Positions 1 to 11,190 of a DNA stretch of 42,690 nucleotides are shown one piece after another. Both the position numbers and the translations under genes were made by a program. The stretch is taken from the IMG/VR virus record IMGVR_UViG_2718217863_000003, one strand, 5' to 3'. Position 1 is the stretch's first letter. Every line of letters starts with the position of its first letter. A model generated the notes under the pieces. It worked only from the letters and a program-made list of their open reading frames with translations. It made no database searches and was not told where the DNA came from. This stretch comes from a virus. Lineage: Duplodnaviria; Heunggongvirae; Uroviricota; Caudoviricetes.

Positions 1-327
1 ATGACTAAAAATACTCGTTTTTCCCCCGAAGTCCGTCAACGGGCAGTCCGTATGGTTCTGGAAAGTCAGAGCGAATATGACTCACAATGGGCGACAATTT
101 GTTCCATTGCTCCAAAGATTGGCTGTACGCCGGAGACTCTGCGTGTCTGGGTTCGCCAGCATGAGCGGGATACCGGGGGCGGTGATGGAGGGCTCACCAC
201 CGCTGAACGTCAGCGTCTGAAAGAGCTGGAACGTGAAAATCGTGAACTGCGCCGCAGTAACGATATCCTTCGCCAGGCTTCCGCTTATTTTGCGAAGGCG
301 GAGTTCGACCGCCTCTGGAAAAAATGA
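1..327 (+). CDS. IS3-family transposase OrfA (HTH)
   Basis: 108-aa [22 protein letters not shown]..., leucine-zipper-like C-terminus; ends in A-rich slippery run. Confidence 0.9.
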   Translation: MTKNTRFSPEVRQRAVRMVLESQSEYDSQWATICSIAPKIGCTPETLRVWVRQHERDTGGGDGGLTTAERQRLKELERENRELRRSNDILRQASAYFAKAEFDRLWKK

Positions 328-1214
328 TGCCACTGCTGGATAAGCTGCGTGAGCAGTACGGGGTCGGACCGCTATGCAGCGAACTGCATATTGCCCCGTC
401 AACGTATTACCACTGTCAGCAACAGCGACATCATCCGGATAAACGCAGTGCCCGTGCGCAGCGCGATGACTGGCTGAAGAAAGAGATACAGCGCGTATAC
501 GATGAAAATCACAAGGTATACGGTGTGCGTAAAGTCTGGCGTCAGTTGTTACGGGAAGGTATCAGAGTGGCCAGATGCACTGTGGCACGTCTCATGGCGG
601 TTATGGGACTTGCCGGTGTTCTCCGGGGTAAAAAGGTCCGTACGACCATCAGCCGGAAAGCCGTTGCCGCAGGCGACCGCGTAAACCGTCAGTTCGTGGC
701 AGAACGACCTGACCAGCTGTGGGTGGCTGATTTTACTTACGTCAGCACATGGCGGGGCTTCGTCTATGTGGCGTTCATCATTGATGTGTTTGCCGGATAC
801 ATCGTGGGGTGGCGGGTCTCATCGTCCATGGAAACGACATTCGTGCTGGATGCACTGGAGCAGGCGTTATGGGCCCGTCGACCGTCCGGCACGGTCCATC
901 ACAGTGATAAAGGTTCTCAGTATGTATCGCTGGCCTACACACAGCGGCTTAAGGAAGCCGGATTACTGGCATCAACAGGAAGTACAGGCGACTCGTATGA
1001 CAACGCGATGGCGGAGAGCATCAATGGTCTTTACAAAGCGGAGGTAATACACCGTAAGAGCTGGAAAAACCGTGCAGAAGTGGAACTGGCCACACTCACG
1101 TGGGTGGACTGGTATAACAATCGACGATTGCTGGAAAGGCTGGGCCATACTCCTCCGGCAGAAGCAGAAAAAGCTTATTATGCTTCCATCGGAAACGATG
1201 ATCTGGCAGCCTGA
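324..1214 (+). CDS. IS3-family transposase OrfB (DDE integrase domain), expressed as OrfAB by -1 frameshift
   Basis: 296-aa ORF overlapping orfA in -1 frame at GGAAAAAATGATG; DDE-type motifs. Confidence 0.9.
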   Translation: MMPLLDKLREQYGVGPLCSELHIAPSTYYHCQQQRHHPDKRSARAQRDDWLKKEIQRVYDENHKVYGVRKVWRQLLREGIRVARCTVARLMAVMGLAGVLRGKKVRTTISRKAVAAGDRVNRQFVAERPDQLWVADFTYVSTWRGFVYVAFIIDVFAGYIVGWRVSSSMETTFVLDALEQALWARRPSGTVHHSDKGSQYVSLAYTQRLKEAGLLASTGSTGDSYDNAMAESINGLYKAEVIHRKSWKNRAEVELATLTWVDWYNNRRLLERLGHTPPAEAEKAYYASIGNDDLAA

Positions 1215-1216
1215 GT

Positions 1217-4200
1217 TCACAGATAAAACACTCTCCAGGAAACCCGGGGCGGTTCAGTAAGGTTTTGCCCGTCTGTTGTTTTTTGCGCATAAAACAGATA
1301 CGCAGCAGACGTTCCAACCTCAAAAACGTTTTGTCGAGTACTGGAACCCCACACCCTGATACTAACTGGTAGTTCTGAATTACCTGAATTAAGTAAAGCA
1401 AAACGATTGCCAGTCCCTGTTTGTTTTCTAATTACTAAATCGGCAGTTGAGTTAACCTCATCTTTGTTGATGGTTAGCGCCTGCGCTGTAGCACCGTTAA
1501 CAGTGCCACTTAGTAGTTGAACCGCTCCATCATCGCCATTTAACAGCACTTGAGCGCTGCTTCTGTGGTTTTTCAGGAACAACATTTTGCCTGTGCTTTC
1601 TGATGTGCCTACCGACCACGCCGAATTGGTTCCAGTGCTATCAACACCGCGCACAGCACAATTCATACTACTGTAATCTGACGTACTCCCCAGCACATCA
1701 ACACGCCCGCCGCCTAATTTTGATGGAGTCGTCGAGGTTAACGACCTGACGGTTACATCCTGATTCCATCCTGAAACAACTACCTGACTCCACTCCGTCC
1801 AGTTTCCATTGACAACAAAGCGAACGTATATGCGTTTTGTGTCGCTGCCAATCAGCGTTTGCATGATCGCATAATCTGAACCCGTAGTTTTACGAGTAGA
1901 TTCTACACGTAGCAAAAAGTTACCGCTTACGCCGTCAGGCTTATTGGTAATATATGCACCACCTGCAACAGTTTTGCATTGATAGTATTTAACAGATCCA
2001 GCCACTGTATTAGCAATGATCAAGTCGTTTAAATCAATAGTCTTGTTGTCAATGGTTTCCGGCTCGATAGATCCCGCCATACCTGCGTTAAATGTGGCAA
2101 AGTCAGAAAAGGTTGTTTTACCGCCTACCGTCACCCCGCTATCGAGTTTTGCTTGTGTGATTACTTTGCTGTTTTTTGTGTGGTCAGAATAACTACCAAA
2201 ATACAAATCACCGTCACCAGCTATACCCAGGTATTTTTGATCAACATCATCAACCTTAAACCCAATGGACAAGTTTTTAATTGTGTTGTTGCTCGTTAAA
2301 ACCAAAGGCGTATGCTGAGATCCTTTGATGCTTACCGTAGTGTTATCGGAACTGGTGCTTGTGTTTGCAAATTCTGCGGTGGCTGCGCTGATTTTGTAAG
2401 TTATTTTTAGATTGCGGGCCTCAACCCTCCCGTCGTGGCGAACAATAAAATCACCACTTGATTCACCTTTTGTGTTTTTCGCCCTGATGTGGATTTCGCC
2501 AAGTGATTCGTTGTTTTCAGGCGACCAAACAACGCCGCGCTCGCTTCCGTCGTTGTTCATGAACCACAGATGAGCGGTTCCTTTTGCTGATTTTAGCCTG
2601 ATAGATGGCGTTTCTTTCAATATATCAAGATCACCAGACATAACATCGCCGGATTTTTTCACCTGCGCATCGTTAGTTACGTTGCCAAGTCCAACATCCG
2701 ATTTCGACGGCTTGTTTGCCGAGCCGTATAGCTCATTGATGCTAAAAGTCCCGTTGTTAAGCCGGGCATCGTTGCCGGCATAGATCTTAATCTTCGCGGT
2801 TGAGTAGTCGATATTGATCGCTGACCACGTATCGCCGCACCGCGAGAATATACCAGAACCGTGGCTATAAATGGTCGCCGTGCTTCCGGTCGGCTTATCA
2901 CCGCGCCAGAAATGACCACCTTTGTCACGCAGAGCTTTTAAGATCTCTACATCGCTCATCTTGCCGTTTGTTGATATCCCGCTACCGCCAAGACCGAAAG
3001 CGCCTGTAAGCATAGCATTAGAAAGACCCAAATCTGCTTTAGTCGGCTTGTTTAACTGGTCGTAAATCCTTACAACGGGGCTTTCAACATATCCAGAAGG
3101 CGCGGCGGTTTGCTTAACAAATCCGTCTGGAATGTATAATTCCGGGCGTGCCGTCTGCGCCAGCACCGCAACCTTTGCGCCGTTGATAAATGCGCGCTGG
3201 AAGGCCCAAACCTCAATAAAGCCGTCACCTTTAACCAGGCCGTAACGCATCTGGTTGTTATCGGTCAGCCCGGTTGACCCTAAGCGGCGTATACTCAGAT
3301 GACGAGAAACATTATCCGCACTAAGCAAAGAAGGCAGACCGCGCGCCGAGATCTCGATAAAGTCAATGTTTCCGTAAGGGGAGCCGTAGTTACCGGCATT
3401 AGTAACCATTAGCGTTACATGGCAATTGCCGCTTCCGGGATCGGAAAGTTTCGCGATCTTTATGTAAAAAGACTCATTACCAGTAACAACGGGCCAATCG
3501 TATTGCGTCATCGGGCTGACGAGTCCCCCGACCTTGTCGAGATATTCTTTCGCCTTGTTCTCTGACGCTTTAGCGTTGGTTTCGCTGACCTTTGCTGCTG
3601 CCTCACTATTTTTCGCGTTGGTTTCTGATTTTTTGGCTGCTGTCGCGGAGTTTGCCGATGCAGTTTGTGAGTCTGCTGCCGCCTGTGCGCTGTTATCCGC
3701 ATTCGTCTCAGACGTTTTTGCGGCCTTCGCGGAATTTCCTGCTGCCGTTGCCGAGGAAGCTGCACTGCCGGCGCTCGAGGCAGCGCTCGTTTCTGATGAT
3801 TTTGCCGCCACTTTTGAAGCCGACGCATCCCGGGCTGAGGTGGCAGCTTCTGACGCTTTCGTGGTCGCGGTGGATGCAGATGTGGCCGCAGATTTTTGTG
3901 ATGCTGCGGCATTCATTTCCGACGTTTTCGCTGCACCGGCACTGGTGGCTGCCGCGCTTTTTGAAGACTCTGCGGCGGCAGCACTTTTTGATGCTTCAGT
4001 GGCCTTTGTTGATGCCGTTCCTGCGCTGGAAGACGCTGACTGAGCCGACGACGCGGCCTGTCCGGCTGACGTGCTGGCTGCACGTGCTGAGCCTGCAGCA
4101 TCAGTCGCACGGGTTGCCGCCTCACGGGCTGATGTGCTGGCATCGCTGGCTGACTTCTTCGCGGCTGCCGTGTTCTGTGCCACCGCGGACGCGTTACGCG

Positions 4201-4540
4201 CCACCTCTTCCACCATCAGTTCAAAACGGCGCAGTGCCTCAGGACGGGCATCATCCTCCGTCATGGCACCGAGAAAATCATTCAGCGTACCGGGTCGGGA
4301 ATCTTCATACACGGTGATGGTCCCGGCATGTGACGGCGGGAATCCTTCCACCAACAGAATAACGCTGTACTGACCGTACTCAACGTCCATGCTGTAACGC
4401 CCGGCTTCATCCGGATTTTCTGAGGCCAGCGTGTTCACCACCACCGTGGTACTGTTACGTTTTGCTTTCAGCTGGATTGTGCAGTTCTGTACCGGTTTTC
4501 CTGTGCCGTCTTTCAGTACACCTGAAATCTTTACTGCCAT
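1217..4540 (-). CDS. stf: side tail fiber protein (lambda Stf-like), 3' end interrupted by the IS; last ~13 codons and stop are IS-derived
   Basis: N-terminus MAVKISGVLKDGTGKPVQNCTIQLKA... (start at third codon of track ORF); long Ala/Ser/Thr-rich repeat region; ORF runs into IS right end. Confidence 0.8.
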   Translation of the reverse strand: MAVKISGVLKDGTGKPVQNCTIQLKAKRNSTTVVVNTLASENPDEAGRYSMDVEYGQYSVILLVEGFPPSHAGTITVYEDSRPGTLNDFLGAMTEDDARPEALRRFELMVEEVARNASAVAQNTAAAKKSASDASTSAREAATRATDAAGSARAASTSAGQAASSAQSASSSAGTASTKATEASKSAAAAESSKSAAATSAGAAKTSEMNAAASQKSAATSASTATTKASEAATSARDASASKVAAKSSETSAASSAGSAASSATAAGNSAKAAKTSETNADNSAQAAADSQTASANSATAAKKSETNAKNSEAAAKVSETNAKASENKAKEYLDKVGGLVSPMTQYDWPVVTGNESFYIKIAKLSDPGSGNCHVTLMVTNAGNYGSPYGNIDFIEISARGLPSLLSADNVSRHLSIRRLGSTGLTDNNQMRYGLVKGDGFIEVWAFQRAFINGAKVAVLAQTARPELYIPDGFVKQTAAPSGYVESPVVRIYDQLNKPTKADLGLSNAMLTGAFGLGGSGISTNGKMSDVEILKALRDKGGHFWRGDKPTGSTATIYSHGSGIFSRCGDTWSAINIDYSTAKIKIYAGNDARLNNGTFSINELYGSANKPSKSDVGLGNVTNDAQVKKSGDVMSGDLDILKETPSIRLKSAKGTAHLWFMNNDGSERGVVWSPENNESLGEIHIRAKNTKGESSGDFIVRHDGRVEARNLKITYKISAATAEFANTSTSSDNTTVSIKGSQHTPLVLTSNNTIKNLSIGFKVDDVDQKYLGIAGDGDLYFGSYSDHTKNSKVITQAKLDSGVTVGGKTTFSDFATFNAGMAGSIEPETIDNKTIDLNDLIIANTVAGSVKYYQCKTVAGGAYITNKPDGVSGNFLLRVESTRKTTGSDYAIMQTLIGSDTKRIYVRFVVNGNWTEWSQVVVSGWNQDVTVRSLTSTTPSKLGGGRVDVLGSTSDYSSMNCAVRGVDSTGTNSAWSVGTSESTGKMLFLKNHRSSAQVLLNGDDGAVQLLSGTVNGATAQALTINKDEVNSTADLVIRKQTGTGNRFALLNSGNSELPVSIRVWGSSTRQNVFEVGTSAAYLFYAQKTTDGQNLTEPPRVSWRVFYL

Positions 4541-4551
4541 ATTCACCCCAC

Positions 4552-4578
4552 AAAAAAGCCCGCCTGAACCGGCGGGCT
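4552..4578 (-). terminator. intrinsic terminator downstream of lom
   Basis: minus-strand hairpin AGCCCGCC-GGTTCA-GGCGGGCT followed by TTTTTTG. Confidence 0.7.
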
Positions 4579-4604
4579 GTCATAACACTGTGTTACCTGG
4601 CTAA

Positions 4605-5204
4605 TCAGAATTTATAACCGACACCCACGATGAAACCGTCAGTGCGCCAGTCGCCACTGCCGGAACCTTCATAAGCGACATCAACGGCCACGGATTCGGT
4701 CGGGTTAAACTGCACGCCAGCCCCCCACGCCAGAGACGTGTTGCTGTGGCGACCGTCATCACTTCCGGTCAGCACGTCGTGCGTTTTCCCCTTGTTGTCA
4801 GTTACGCGGAGATAATCCCCGGAGAAAGTCGACACACGGCTGTAAGCCATACCCGCCATCGCATACGCGCTGAACCATTCATTCACGCGCACAGACGGCC
4901 CCGCCATCACGCTGAACCAGCGGTTACGCACGGAATCTTCATGCCAGCGGGTATCGCTGTAATGCGTTTTTTGCTCATCTTTGGCATTGGCATAACTGAA
5001 TGACGTCACCAGCCCCAGCGTGTCCGTAAATTCATAACGGTATTTCACGTTAATCCCGTTCAGATTATCGCTGCCGGGGACGTTCGTACGGGCATGAAGA
5101 TACCCTGCGCTCAGTGTGGACTGGTGTTCAGACGCCCATGCAGGCGTACCTGATACGGCCAGACAGATGGCTGCGGACAAAATAGCTGCATAAACTTTAC
5201 GCAT
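4605..5204 (-). CDS. lom: Lom/Ail-family outer membrane beta-barrel protein
   Basis: 199 aa, signal peptide, C-terminal ...GVGYKF; position between J and stf as in lambda. Confidence 0.9.
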   Translation of the reverse strand: MRKVYAAILSAAICLAVSGTPAWASEHQSTLSAGYLHARTNVPGSDNLNGINVKYRYEFTDTLGLVTSFSYANAKDEQKTHYSDTRWHEDSVRNRWFSVMAGPSVRVNEWFSAYAMAGMAYSRVSTFSGDYLRVTDNKGKTHDVLTGSDDGRHSNTSLAWGAGVQFNPTESVAVDVAYEGSGSGDWRTDGFIVGVGYKF

Positions 5205-5226
5205 AATTACCTCTCGCTTTTCTGCA

Positions 5227-5252
5227 ATAAAAAAGGCGCCATTTCTGGCGCC
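5227..5252 (-). terminator. intrinsic terminator downstream of J
   Basis: minus-strand hairpin GGCGCC-AGAAAT-GGCGCC followed by TTTTTTATT. Confidence 0.7.
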
Positions 5253-5271
5253 CGTATCTGGGTTATAAAAT

Positions 5272-8200
5272 TCAGCTAATCGTGATGCCTGCAGTGGCTT
5301 TCTTCATCACCACAACCAGCAAATCGCTGATACTGGCTGTGGGATACCAGTTATTTACCAGCCATGCTGACACCGAAAACTCCAGTGTCATGTGACCGTG
5401 ACCGGCAGGCATATCAATAACACCACTGTAAATCAGCGTATTATCCAGCGCGGTACGGTTATAAATTTCAGCACCGTTTTTCCGTACTATCAGGCGGCAT
5501 GACGAATAAATATCGTTATTCTCCCGCTCATGTTTAGCGCCGCTGAATGCCACCGCCGGAATAACAATCTGCCGGTCAAACGGCTGATCGTCATAAACCC
5601 TGACGGTGATGGTCCCTGATGGCCACCGTTCCGGTGCACGGGAGTCCCGGGGGAAAGCTTTGCCCACTGTTTTAACGAGATCGCCTTCAATCTGGTTGGC
5701 GGACAGTTTTCCCAGAACCCGACAGTTCTCGTTAATCGTGACGTTGTTGAGCGTCCCGGCGTTCGCATTCACGTTACCGCTGATATCGGCATTTTTCGCC
5801 GTCAGCCGCCCGTCCGGTGTCAGGGAAAATACCGGAGGATTACCGCCGCTGGTAATGGTGGGAGCCGTCAGGCGTTTCAGGAACACTTCGTTCATGAATA
5901 TCTGATCGCCCTGCCCAACAAACATCGGCTTTGTGTTGCCATTCGCAGGATTAATCATCGCAATCCTGTCTGCCGCCAGCAGCACCTGACTCTGCATGCC
6001 GTCAGGGGTGTTCTCAATACCGGCACCAATACCCGCGATATAAAGGCGTCCGTCCTGCATCTGCTGCAGCTTCACAGCCCACATGCTGTTCAGGTTATTA
6101 TTTGTATCAACCTGAACCTTCTGTATCTGCTGAATTGCCGCACTCTGGTCTTCCAGTTTCTTATTGACGGTCTGCGTGATTTCATTGCTGACATCCGTAA
6201 TGGACGTCCTGATTTCAGCCAGGTCAGGCGCAAGCTGACCGTTATCAATCTGCGTCCACAGCTCCTGAGCCAGATGGGTTTTCCCTATCTCGCCTTTGAA
6301 AAAATCCAGATAACCGGATGCATCATCACTCGGCTGACCAACAGCCTCCACGAATGCCGATTTGCCAACGGTGTTCACACTGCGGATATAAAAGTAATAA
6401 TCATGGCCCGGTTTGATATTGATACTGGCGGCTATCCAGTACAGCGCCGTGCCAAGATAGCGTGCTGTGGTTTCAACCTGCCTGATATCGGTAATCCGCT
6501 TTTCCGAGAACCAGAACTCAAACTGTACCGTCGGATCATAAACCGCAAGATGCGGCGTGGCGGTTATCTGAAAATAGCCCGGCGTCAGCTCAATCCGCGA
6601 CGGCGCTGCCGGTGCGGCAATCCGGAACGATACCGACGCCGGATCGCCCTGCTGCCCCCACGCATTTACTGCCCGGACTGTCAGCCTGTAGTTCCCCAGC
6701 GCCAGTTGTGTGAAGCGGTAAGTGGTTTCCGTCGTCCGGGCCGTGCTGACCAGCCACTCACTGCCGTCATCCGCTGTTACGGTCAGACGGAGCAGGAAGC
6801 TCACGCCCTTCACCACCTTCGGCGTGTCCCAGCGCGCCAGCACCTGATATTCCCCGCTGTCTGCGGTGACTTCGGCAGTCAGGTGCTGCACCGCTGGCGG
6901 CGTGACACCATTCACCGTGCCGCTCTGGTCGCCGTCAAAGTGCGCCCCGTTATCCACGATGGCTTCTTTTTCCGGTACATGCTGCACGGCGGTGATGGCA
7001 TACGTGCCGTCATCGTTCTCACGGATACTCACACAGCGGAACAGGCGCTGGCGCAGCGTCGGCAACTTCAGCCCCCACACGCTGTATTCTGCAACACCAT
7101 CAGGAACCCGGCTCACTTTCACCTTCACGCCGTCGGTGACGGACTGGACCTCCACGCTGACCGGATTACCCTGACCGTCAACCAGGCTTATCAGCGTGGT
7201 ACCGGAGGATGGCAGCGTGATTTCACGGTCGAGCGTCAGCGTCCGGGTCTGGCTGTTCACCGCCAGCACGCGCCCGCCGGTGCTGATACCCGCATAGTCA
7301 TCATCGCAGATTTCAATGACATCCCCCGGTACATGGCGAAGCCCTTCCGCACCCACGCTGAAGTCCACGGTCTGCGTTTCCAGCAGTTCCGTTTTAATCA
7401 GCCACAGCCCGGCGCGGTGCGCCTGCCCCCGGCTGGTACAGCCAAAGGCATCCATCTTCGTGACGTTACGACCGTAACGGGCAATGGCCTGCGTATCTTC
7501 AACAAGCTCTGTCGCCGTCTCCCAGCCGTTGTCCGGGTCAATCCAGTTCACCTCAACGGCATTATGGCGGTCTTTCAGGGCGCTGAAGCTGTAGCGGAAC
7601 GGCGCGCCATCATCCGGCATCACCACATTACTGCGGTTATAGGTCCACACCTTATCTGATGGTCGGTCCTGCACGAACGTCAGCGTCTGCCCGTTCCATA
7701 CCGGCATACAGCGCATCGCCGAGCAGAAATCACTGAGCACATCCCACGCCTTGCGCTGTGTGGTCAGGTACGCATTACAGGTGATGCGCGGCTCCGTGCC
7801 GCCAAAGCCGTCCGGCACCGACTGGTCGCAGTACTGGCCGATGACATACAGCGCCCATTTATCCACATCCGCCGCACCAAGACGTTTCCCCATGCCGTAG
7901 CGCGGATGGGTCAGCATATCCCACAGACACCAGGCCATGTTGTTGCTGTATGCCGGTTTAAACGTTCCGTCCCAGATACCGCTGTATTGCCGCGTCTGCG
8001 GGTTATAGTTCGACGGCACCTGCAGAATGCGCCCGCGCAGATGATAATTACGGCTCACCTGCTGGCTGCCGAACTGCTCCGAATCCACCTGTACGCCGAC
8101 CAGTGCCGTGTTCGGGTAGCACTGTTTCACATCGATGATTTCGGTGTATGACGACCAGAGCGTTTTGTTCTGCAGCTGGTCTGTGGTGCTGTCCGGCGTC

Positions 8201-8751
8201 ATCCTGCGCATCCGGATATTAAACGGGCGCGGCGGCAGGTTATCCACCACCACCGAGGCCAGATACTGCGAGGTGGTTTTGCCCTTAATGGTGATGTCTT
8301 TTTCCGTCACCCAGCCACCATTACGCTGTATCTGAACCAGCAGGCGAACTTCCGACGGATTCCGGTCCCCCTTTGAGGTGGTTTCCACCAGTGCCTGCAC
8401 ACCGAAGGTAAAGCGCAGACGGTCGATGTTTGCAGACGTGATGGTGCGGGTGATCGGCGTGTCATATTTCACTTCCGTACCCAGCACCGTCTCGGAGCCG
8501 GAGGATTCAAACCCCTCCGGCGGTGTCTGCTCCTGCTCACCGGCACGGAACACCACCGTGACACCGGAGATGTTGGTATTCCCCTCAGTGTCCAGCACCG
8601 GCGTACTGTTCAGCAGCACGCTTTTTAATCCATCCACCGGACCTTCAACCGGCCCTTCACTGATGGCGTCTATCACGCTCAGCATCTGGGATGATTTCAG
8701 GTTGTCCTTCGCTTCGCGCGGGGTATGCCCCTTACTGCTGCCTTTACCCAT
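5272..8751 (-). CDS. J: tail tip host specificity protein J
   Basis: 1159 aa; N-terminus [20 protein letters not shown]... as in lambda J; fibronectin-like repeats. Confidence 0.95.
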   Translation of the reverse strand: MGKGSSKGHTPREAKDNLKSSQMLSVIDAISEGPVEGPVDGLKSVLLNSTPVLDTEGNTNISGVTVVFRAGEQEQTPPEGFESSGSETVLGTEVKYDTPITRTITSANIDRLRFTFGVQALVETTSKGDRNPSEVRLLVQIQRNGGWVTEKDITIKGKTTSQYLASVVVDNLPPRPFNIRMRRMTPDSTTDQLQNKTLWSSYTEIIDVKQCYPNTALVGVQVDSEQFGSQQVSRNYHLRGRILQVPSNYNPQTRQYSGIWDGTFKPAYSNNMAWCLWDMLTHPRYGMGKRLGAADVDKWALYVIGQYCDQSVPDGFGGTEPRITCNAYLTTQRKAWDVLSDFCSAMRCMPVWNGQTLTFVQDRPSDKVWTYNRSNVVMPDDGAPFRYSFSALKDRHNAVEVNWIDPDNGWETATELVEDTQAIARYGRNVTKMDAFGCTSRGQAHRAGLWLIKTELLETQTVDFSVGAEGLRHVPGDVIEICDDDYAGISTGGRVLAVNSQTRTLTLDREITLPSSGTTLISLVDGQGNPVSVEVQSVTDGVKVKVSRVPDGVAEYSVWGLKLPTLRQRLFRCVSIRENDDGTYAITAVQHVPEKEAIVDNGAHFDGDQSGTVNGVTPPAVQHLTAEVTADSGEYQVLARWDTPKVVKGVSFLLRLTVTADDGSEWLVSTARTTETTYRFTQLALGNYRLTVRAVNAWGQQGDPASVSFRIAAPAAPSRIELTPGYFQITATPHLAVYDPTVQFEFWFSEKRITDIRQVETTARYLGTALYWIAASINIKPGHDYYFYIRSVNTVGKSAFVEAVGQPSDDASGYLDFFKGEIGKTHLAQELWTQIDNGQLAPDLAEIRTSITDVSNEITQTVNKKLEDQSAAIQQIQKVQVDTNNNLNSMWAVKLQQMQDGRLYIAGIGAGIENTPDGMQSQVLLAADRIAMINPANGNTKPMFVGQGDQIFMNEVFLKRLTAPTITSGGNPPVFSLTPDGRLTAKNADISGNVNANAGTLNNVTINENCRVLGKLSANQIEGDLVKTVGKAFPRDSRAPERWPSGTITVRVYDDQPFDRQIVIPAVAFSGAKHERENNDIYSSCRLIVRKNGAEIYNRTALDNTLIYSGVIDMPAGHGHMTLEFSVSAWLVNNWYPTASISDLLVVVMKKATAGITIS

Positions 8752-8811
8752 TCCTCACGCTCCAGAAACGACAAAACCGCCCTGAGGCGGTTTCACATAA
8801 AACGTTTTGCA

Positions 8812-9459
8812 TCAGCGACCAATCACCACAACCTGACCACCGTCCCCTTCGTCTGCCGTGCTGATCTCCTGAGAAGCCACCCGCGACCCCACGCGCATTT
8901 CACCGTACAGAACGGGCAGAACATTGCCCTGGGCAACCATGTTATCCAGTGAGGAGAAATAGGTGTTCTGCTTACCGTTATCCGTTGTCTGTGTACGGGG
9001 AGTTCTGGCTTTCGGTGCCAGCATCTGCGCCACACCGCCAAGGATCATACTGGCCCCCGCAGCATACATGCCCGATACAGCCGCAGCTCCCAGCCAGCCC
9101 ACAGGGTTCCACCACGCCACTGCAATCAGCGCCGCACCCAGCACCGCCTGAAACACACCGCCACTTTTTGCTCCCGCAAGACGCGGAACGATGTGGATCA
9201 CGGCACCATTTTTCAGCGGCTCATTAAGACGGGCTGATAATTCGTTTTCGCCTGCATCACGCCCGGCAATGCGCACCTGATACCAGCCATCGCTCAGTTT
9301 CTGACGAAACGCCGGGATCTGCATGGCCAGCGCCCGGATGGCTTCGGCCCCCGTTTTCACACGAAGGTCGATGCGGCGGCCAAATCGTTGCAAATCCCCG
9401 TAAAGGCAGATACGTGCCATGCCCGGTGACGCCAGAGGGAGTGTGTGCGTCGCTGCCAT
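8812..9459 (-). CDS. I: tail assembly protein I
   Basis: 215 aa, MAATHTLPLASPGMARICLYGDL..., C-terminal ...GDGGQVVVIGR; synteny. Confidence 0.85.
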   Translation of the reverse strand: MAATHTLPLASPGMARICLYGDLQRFGRRIDLRVKTGAEAIRALAMQIPAFRQKLSDGWYQVRIAGRDAGENELSARLNEPLKNGAVIHIVPRLAGAKSGGVFQAVLGAALIAVAWWNPVGWLGAAAVSGMYAAGASMILGGVAQMLAPKARTPRTQTTDNGKQNTYFSSLDNMVAQGNVLPVLYGEMRVGSRVASQEISTADEGDGGQVVVIGR

Positions 9460-10100
9460 TTGTCGGTGTACCTCTCTCGTTTGCTCAGTTGTTCAGGAAT
9501 ATGGTGCAGCAGCTCGCCGTCGCCGCAGTAAATTGCGGCGTGATTCGGCACCGATGAACCAAAACAGCACAGCAGCACATCGCCCGGCTGTGCCGCTGAC
9601 AACGGCACCTGATACAGCCCCGTCGCCTCCAGATTATCCAGATAGAGATTCTGGCCGTTACGCCACCAGTCATCCTCACGATGAAAATCAGGCATCTCAA
9701 TTCCCGCCAGATGGTAAGCATCCCGGAGCAGCGTGTAACAGTCCGTCACCCCGTGCTCAAAGCGCCGCCCGGTAAGATGCGGCACACAGCGGAACTTGTG
9801 AATCGCCCCCCGGCAGACCAGCCACCACGGCAAATCACTCTGCACCTGCAGCCGCCGGTCGGCCTCACTCAGCCAGGGCAGACCACCGGGGTGGCTGTGG
9901 ACCAGCGCCACAATCTCACCCTGCATTTCTGCCTGCAGCCAGTCTTCCGGCGACATACGGAAATACGCCTCCGGCTCACCGGAGATATTCACGCAGGGAA
10001 AATATCTTTCCCCCTCCGGCGTGCTTACCACGAAGCCGCACGACTCCGCTGGCGCACATCGCCGGGCGTGCGCCAGAATCGCTGATTCTGTCTGTGTCAT
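9357..10100 (-). CDS. K: tail assembly protein K (JAMM/MPN plus NlpC/P60-like)
   Basis: HSHPGG JAMM motif, Cys/His peptidase motifs; synteny; 3' end overlaps I by ~100 nt. Confidence 0.85.
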   Translation of the reverse strand: MTQTESAILAHARRCAPAESCGFVVSTPEGERYFPCVNISGEPEAYFRMSPEDWLQAEMQGEIVALVHSHPGGLPWLSEADRRLQVQSDLPWWLVCRGAIHKFRCVPHLTGRRFEHGVTDCYTLLRDAYHLAGIEMPDFHREDDWWRNGQNLYLDNLEATGLYQVPLSAAQPGDVLLCCFGSSVPNHAAIYCGDGELLHHIPEQLSKRERYTDKWQRRTHSLWRHRAWHVSAFTGICNDLAAASTFV

Positions 10101-10105
10101 GGGAT

Positions 10106-10804
10106 TTACTGCGAAAGTTTGTTAATGGAAAGGAAGCCGCCAAAGTTGCCGACGTTATTGCGGAACTTACAACCGCTCAGGCATTTGCTGCATTTATCCT
10201 TCGTGATATCGGACGTTGGCTGGTCATATTCATCCGCGACAGCCGGACCGCTATAACCGCACTCGTCACCGCGATAGGTCCAGGTGCAGGTGTTGGCCAG
10301 CATGATACGTCCCGGAAAAACAGCGCCATCCGTTTCCGTCGGCGTGGACAGTACAAAGGAGGCACTCACCGCGCTCAGTTCGCTGCACTGCTCAATGCGC
10401 CAGCGGCTGATCACCTCCTGCTCCGGATCGGCGTAACTGTTTCCGTTGACGAAGTTCACCGCATCCAGAAAACGGGCGTAAACCTTACGCCGGACCACCG
10501 TTCCGCCGACCAGACTCTGCATATCTTCCGCCATCCCGGTGACCATGCCGTACAGATTAGAGACTTTAAGCGTTGGCCTTGCACTGGCTCCTTTGCCGTT
10601 CATCTCAAATCCGCTTCCCTGAATGGGATAAGCCTGATACTGCCGCCCCTGCCAGGTGACTGGTTCACCTTTTTCGTTCTGCTCATTACAGAAGAAATAA
10701 CGATCTCCGCCGACCTCTGTCAGATCAATTTCCCAGAGCACGACCAGCGCGGATTGCTCCGTTTTAGTGCACTCATTGAGTGTTTCCTGCTGTATATCCT
10801 GCAT
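10106..10804 (-). CDS. L: minor tail protein L
   Basis: 232 aa, MQDIQQETLNECTKTEQSALVVLWEIDLTEVGG...; synteny. Confidence 0.9.
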   Translation of the reverse strand: MQDIQQETLNECTKTEQSALVVLWEIDLTEVGGDRYFFCNEQNEKGEPVTWQGRQYQAYPIQGSGFEMNGKGASARPTLKVSNLYGMVTGMAEDMQSLVGGTVVRRKVYARFLDAVNFVNGNSYADPEQEVISRWRIEQCSELSAVSASFVLSTPTETDGAVFPGRIMLANTCTWTYRGDECGYSGPAVADEYDQPTSDITKDKCSKCLSGCKFRNNVGNFGGFLSINKLSQ

Positions 10805-11190
10805 CAGTGAGTGACCTCTTCAAAGGTACAGTTAAAATCGGTATACATGGCATTATCCGAAATGCTCCACTCCCTGCAGACAACCCGGACAGTCCTGTTG
10901 TGTTTTGGCGGACGCCACAAAAAAGCACGAATCCCGGCATGACGGGATAAAAAACTGTCCAGCGCGGCACGGGAATATTCATCTGTGACACGAAATACCG
11001 GTTTAAACGTTTTCAGATCCGCATTCAGACCACCAGCCCGTCGCTGTTCATATCCGTCACCAAACTTTACCGTAATAACTGATGGCTTTCGTGTCGTCTC
11101 CATCCCCTCACGGGGGATCCAGTTAAAAACTTCAGGCTCAGGCACTGTACAATCCTCCATCCCGACGCGATGACTGCATAATTGACACAA
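10804..11190 (-). CDS. M: minor tail protein M (true start probably internal)
   Basis: position between H and L; ...VKFGDGYEQRRAGGLNADLKT... motif. Confidence 0.75.
   Translation of the reverse strand: MCQLCSHRVGMEDCTVPEPEVFNWIPREGMETTRKPSVITVKFGDGYEQRRAGGLNADLKTFKPVFRVTDEYSRAALDSFLSRHAGIRAFLWRPPKHNRTVRVVCREWSISDNAMYTDFNCTFEEVTH

Larger units (their letters stand above)
1..1256 (+). mobile_element. IS3-family insertion sequence (IS629-like), left end truncated by window edge; right terminus ...AACCCGGGGCGGTTCA ends near 1256
   Basis: OrfA/OrfB transposase pair with -1 frameshift overlap; terminal sequence after orfB stop; recollection of IS629 proteins. Confidence 0.85.

Noticed and set aside
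3508-4373. Several overlapping ORFs on both strands (3508..3912, 3534..4043, 3592..4317, 3913..4143, 4071..4373)
   Set aside because: They lie inside the low-complexity Ala/Ser-rich repeat region of the tail fiber gene; repetitive GC-rich sequence gives open frames in all phases
6274-7659. 461-aa plus-strand ORF
   Set aside because: Entirely antisense to the well-supported J gene; Arg/Pro/His-rich composition typical of a spurious antisense frame
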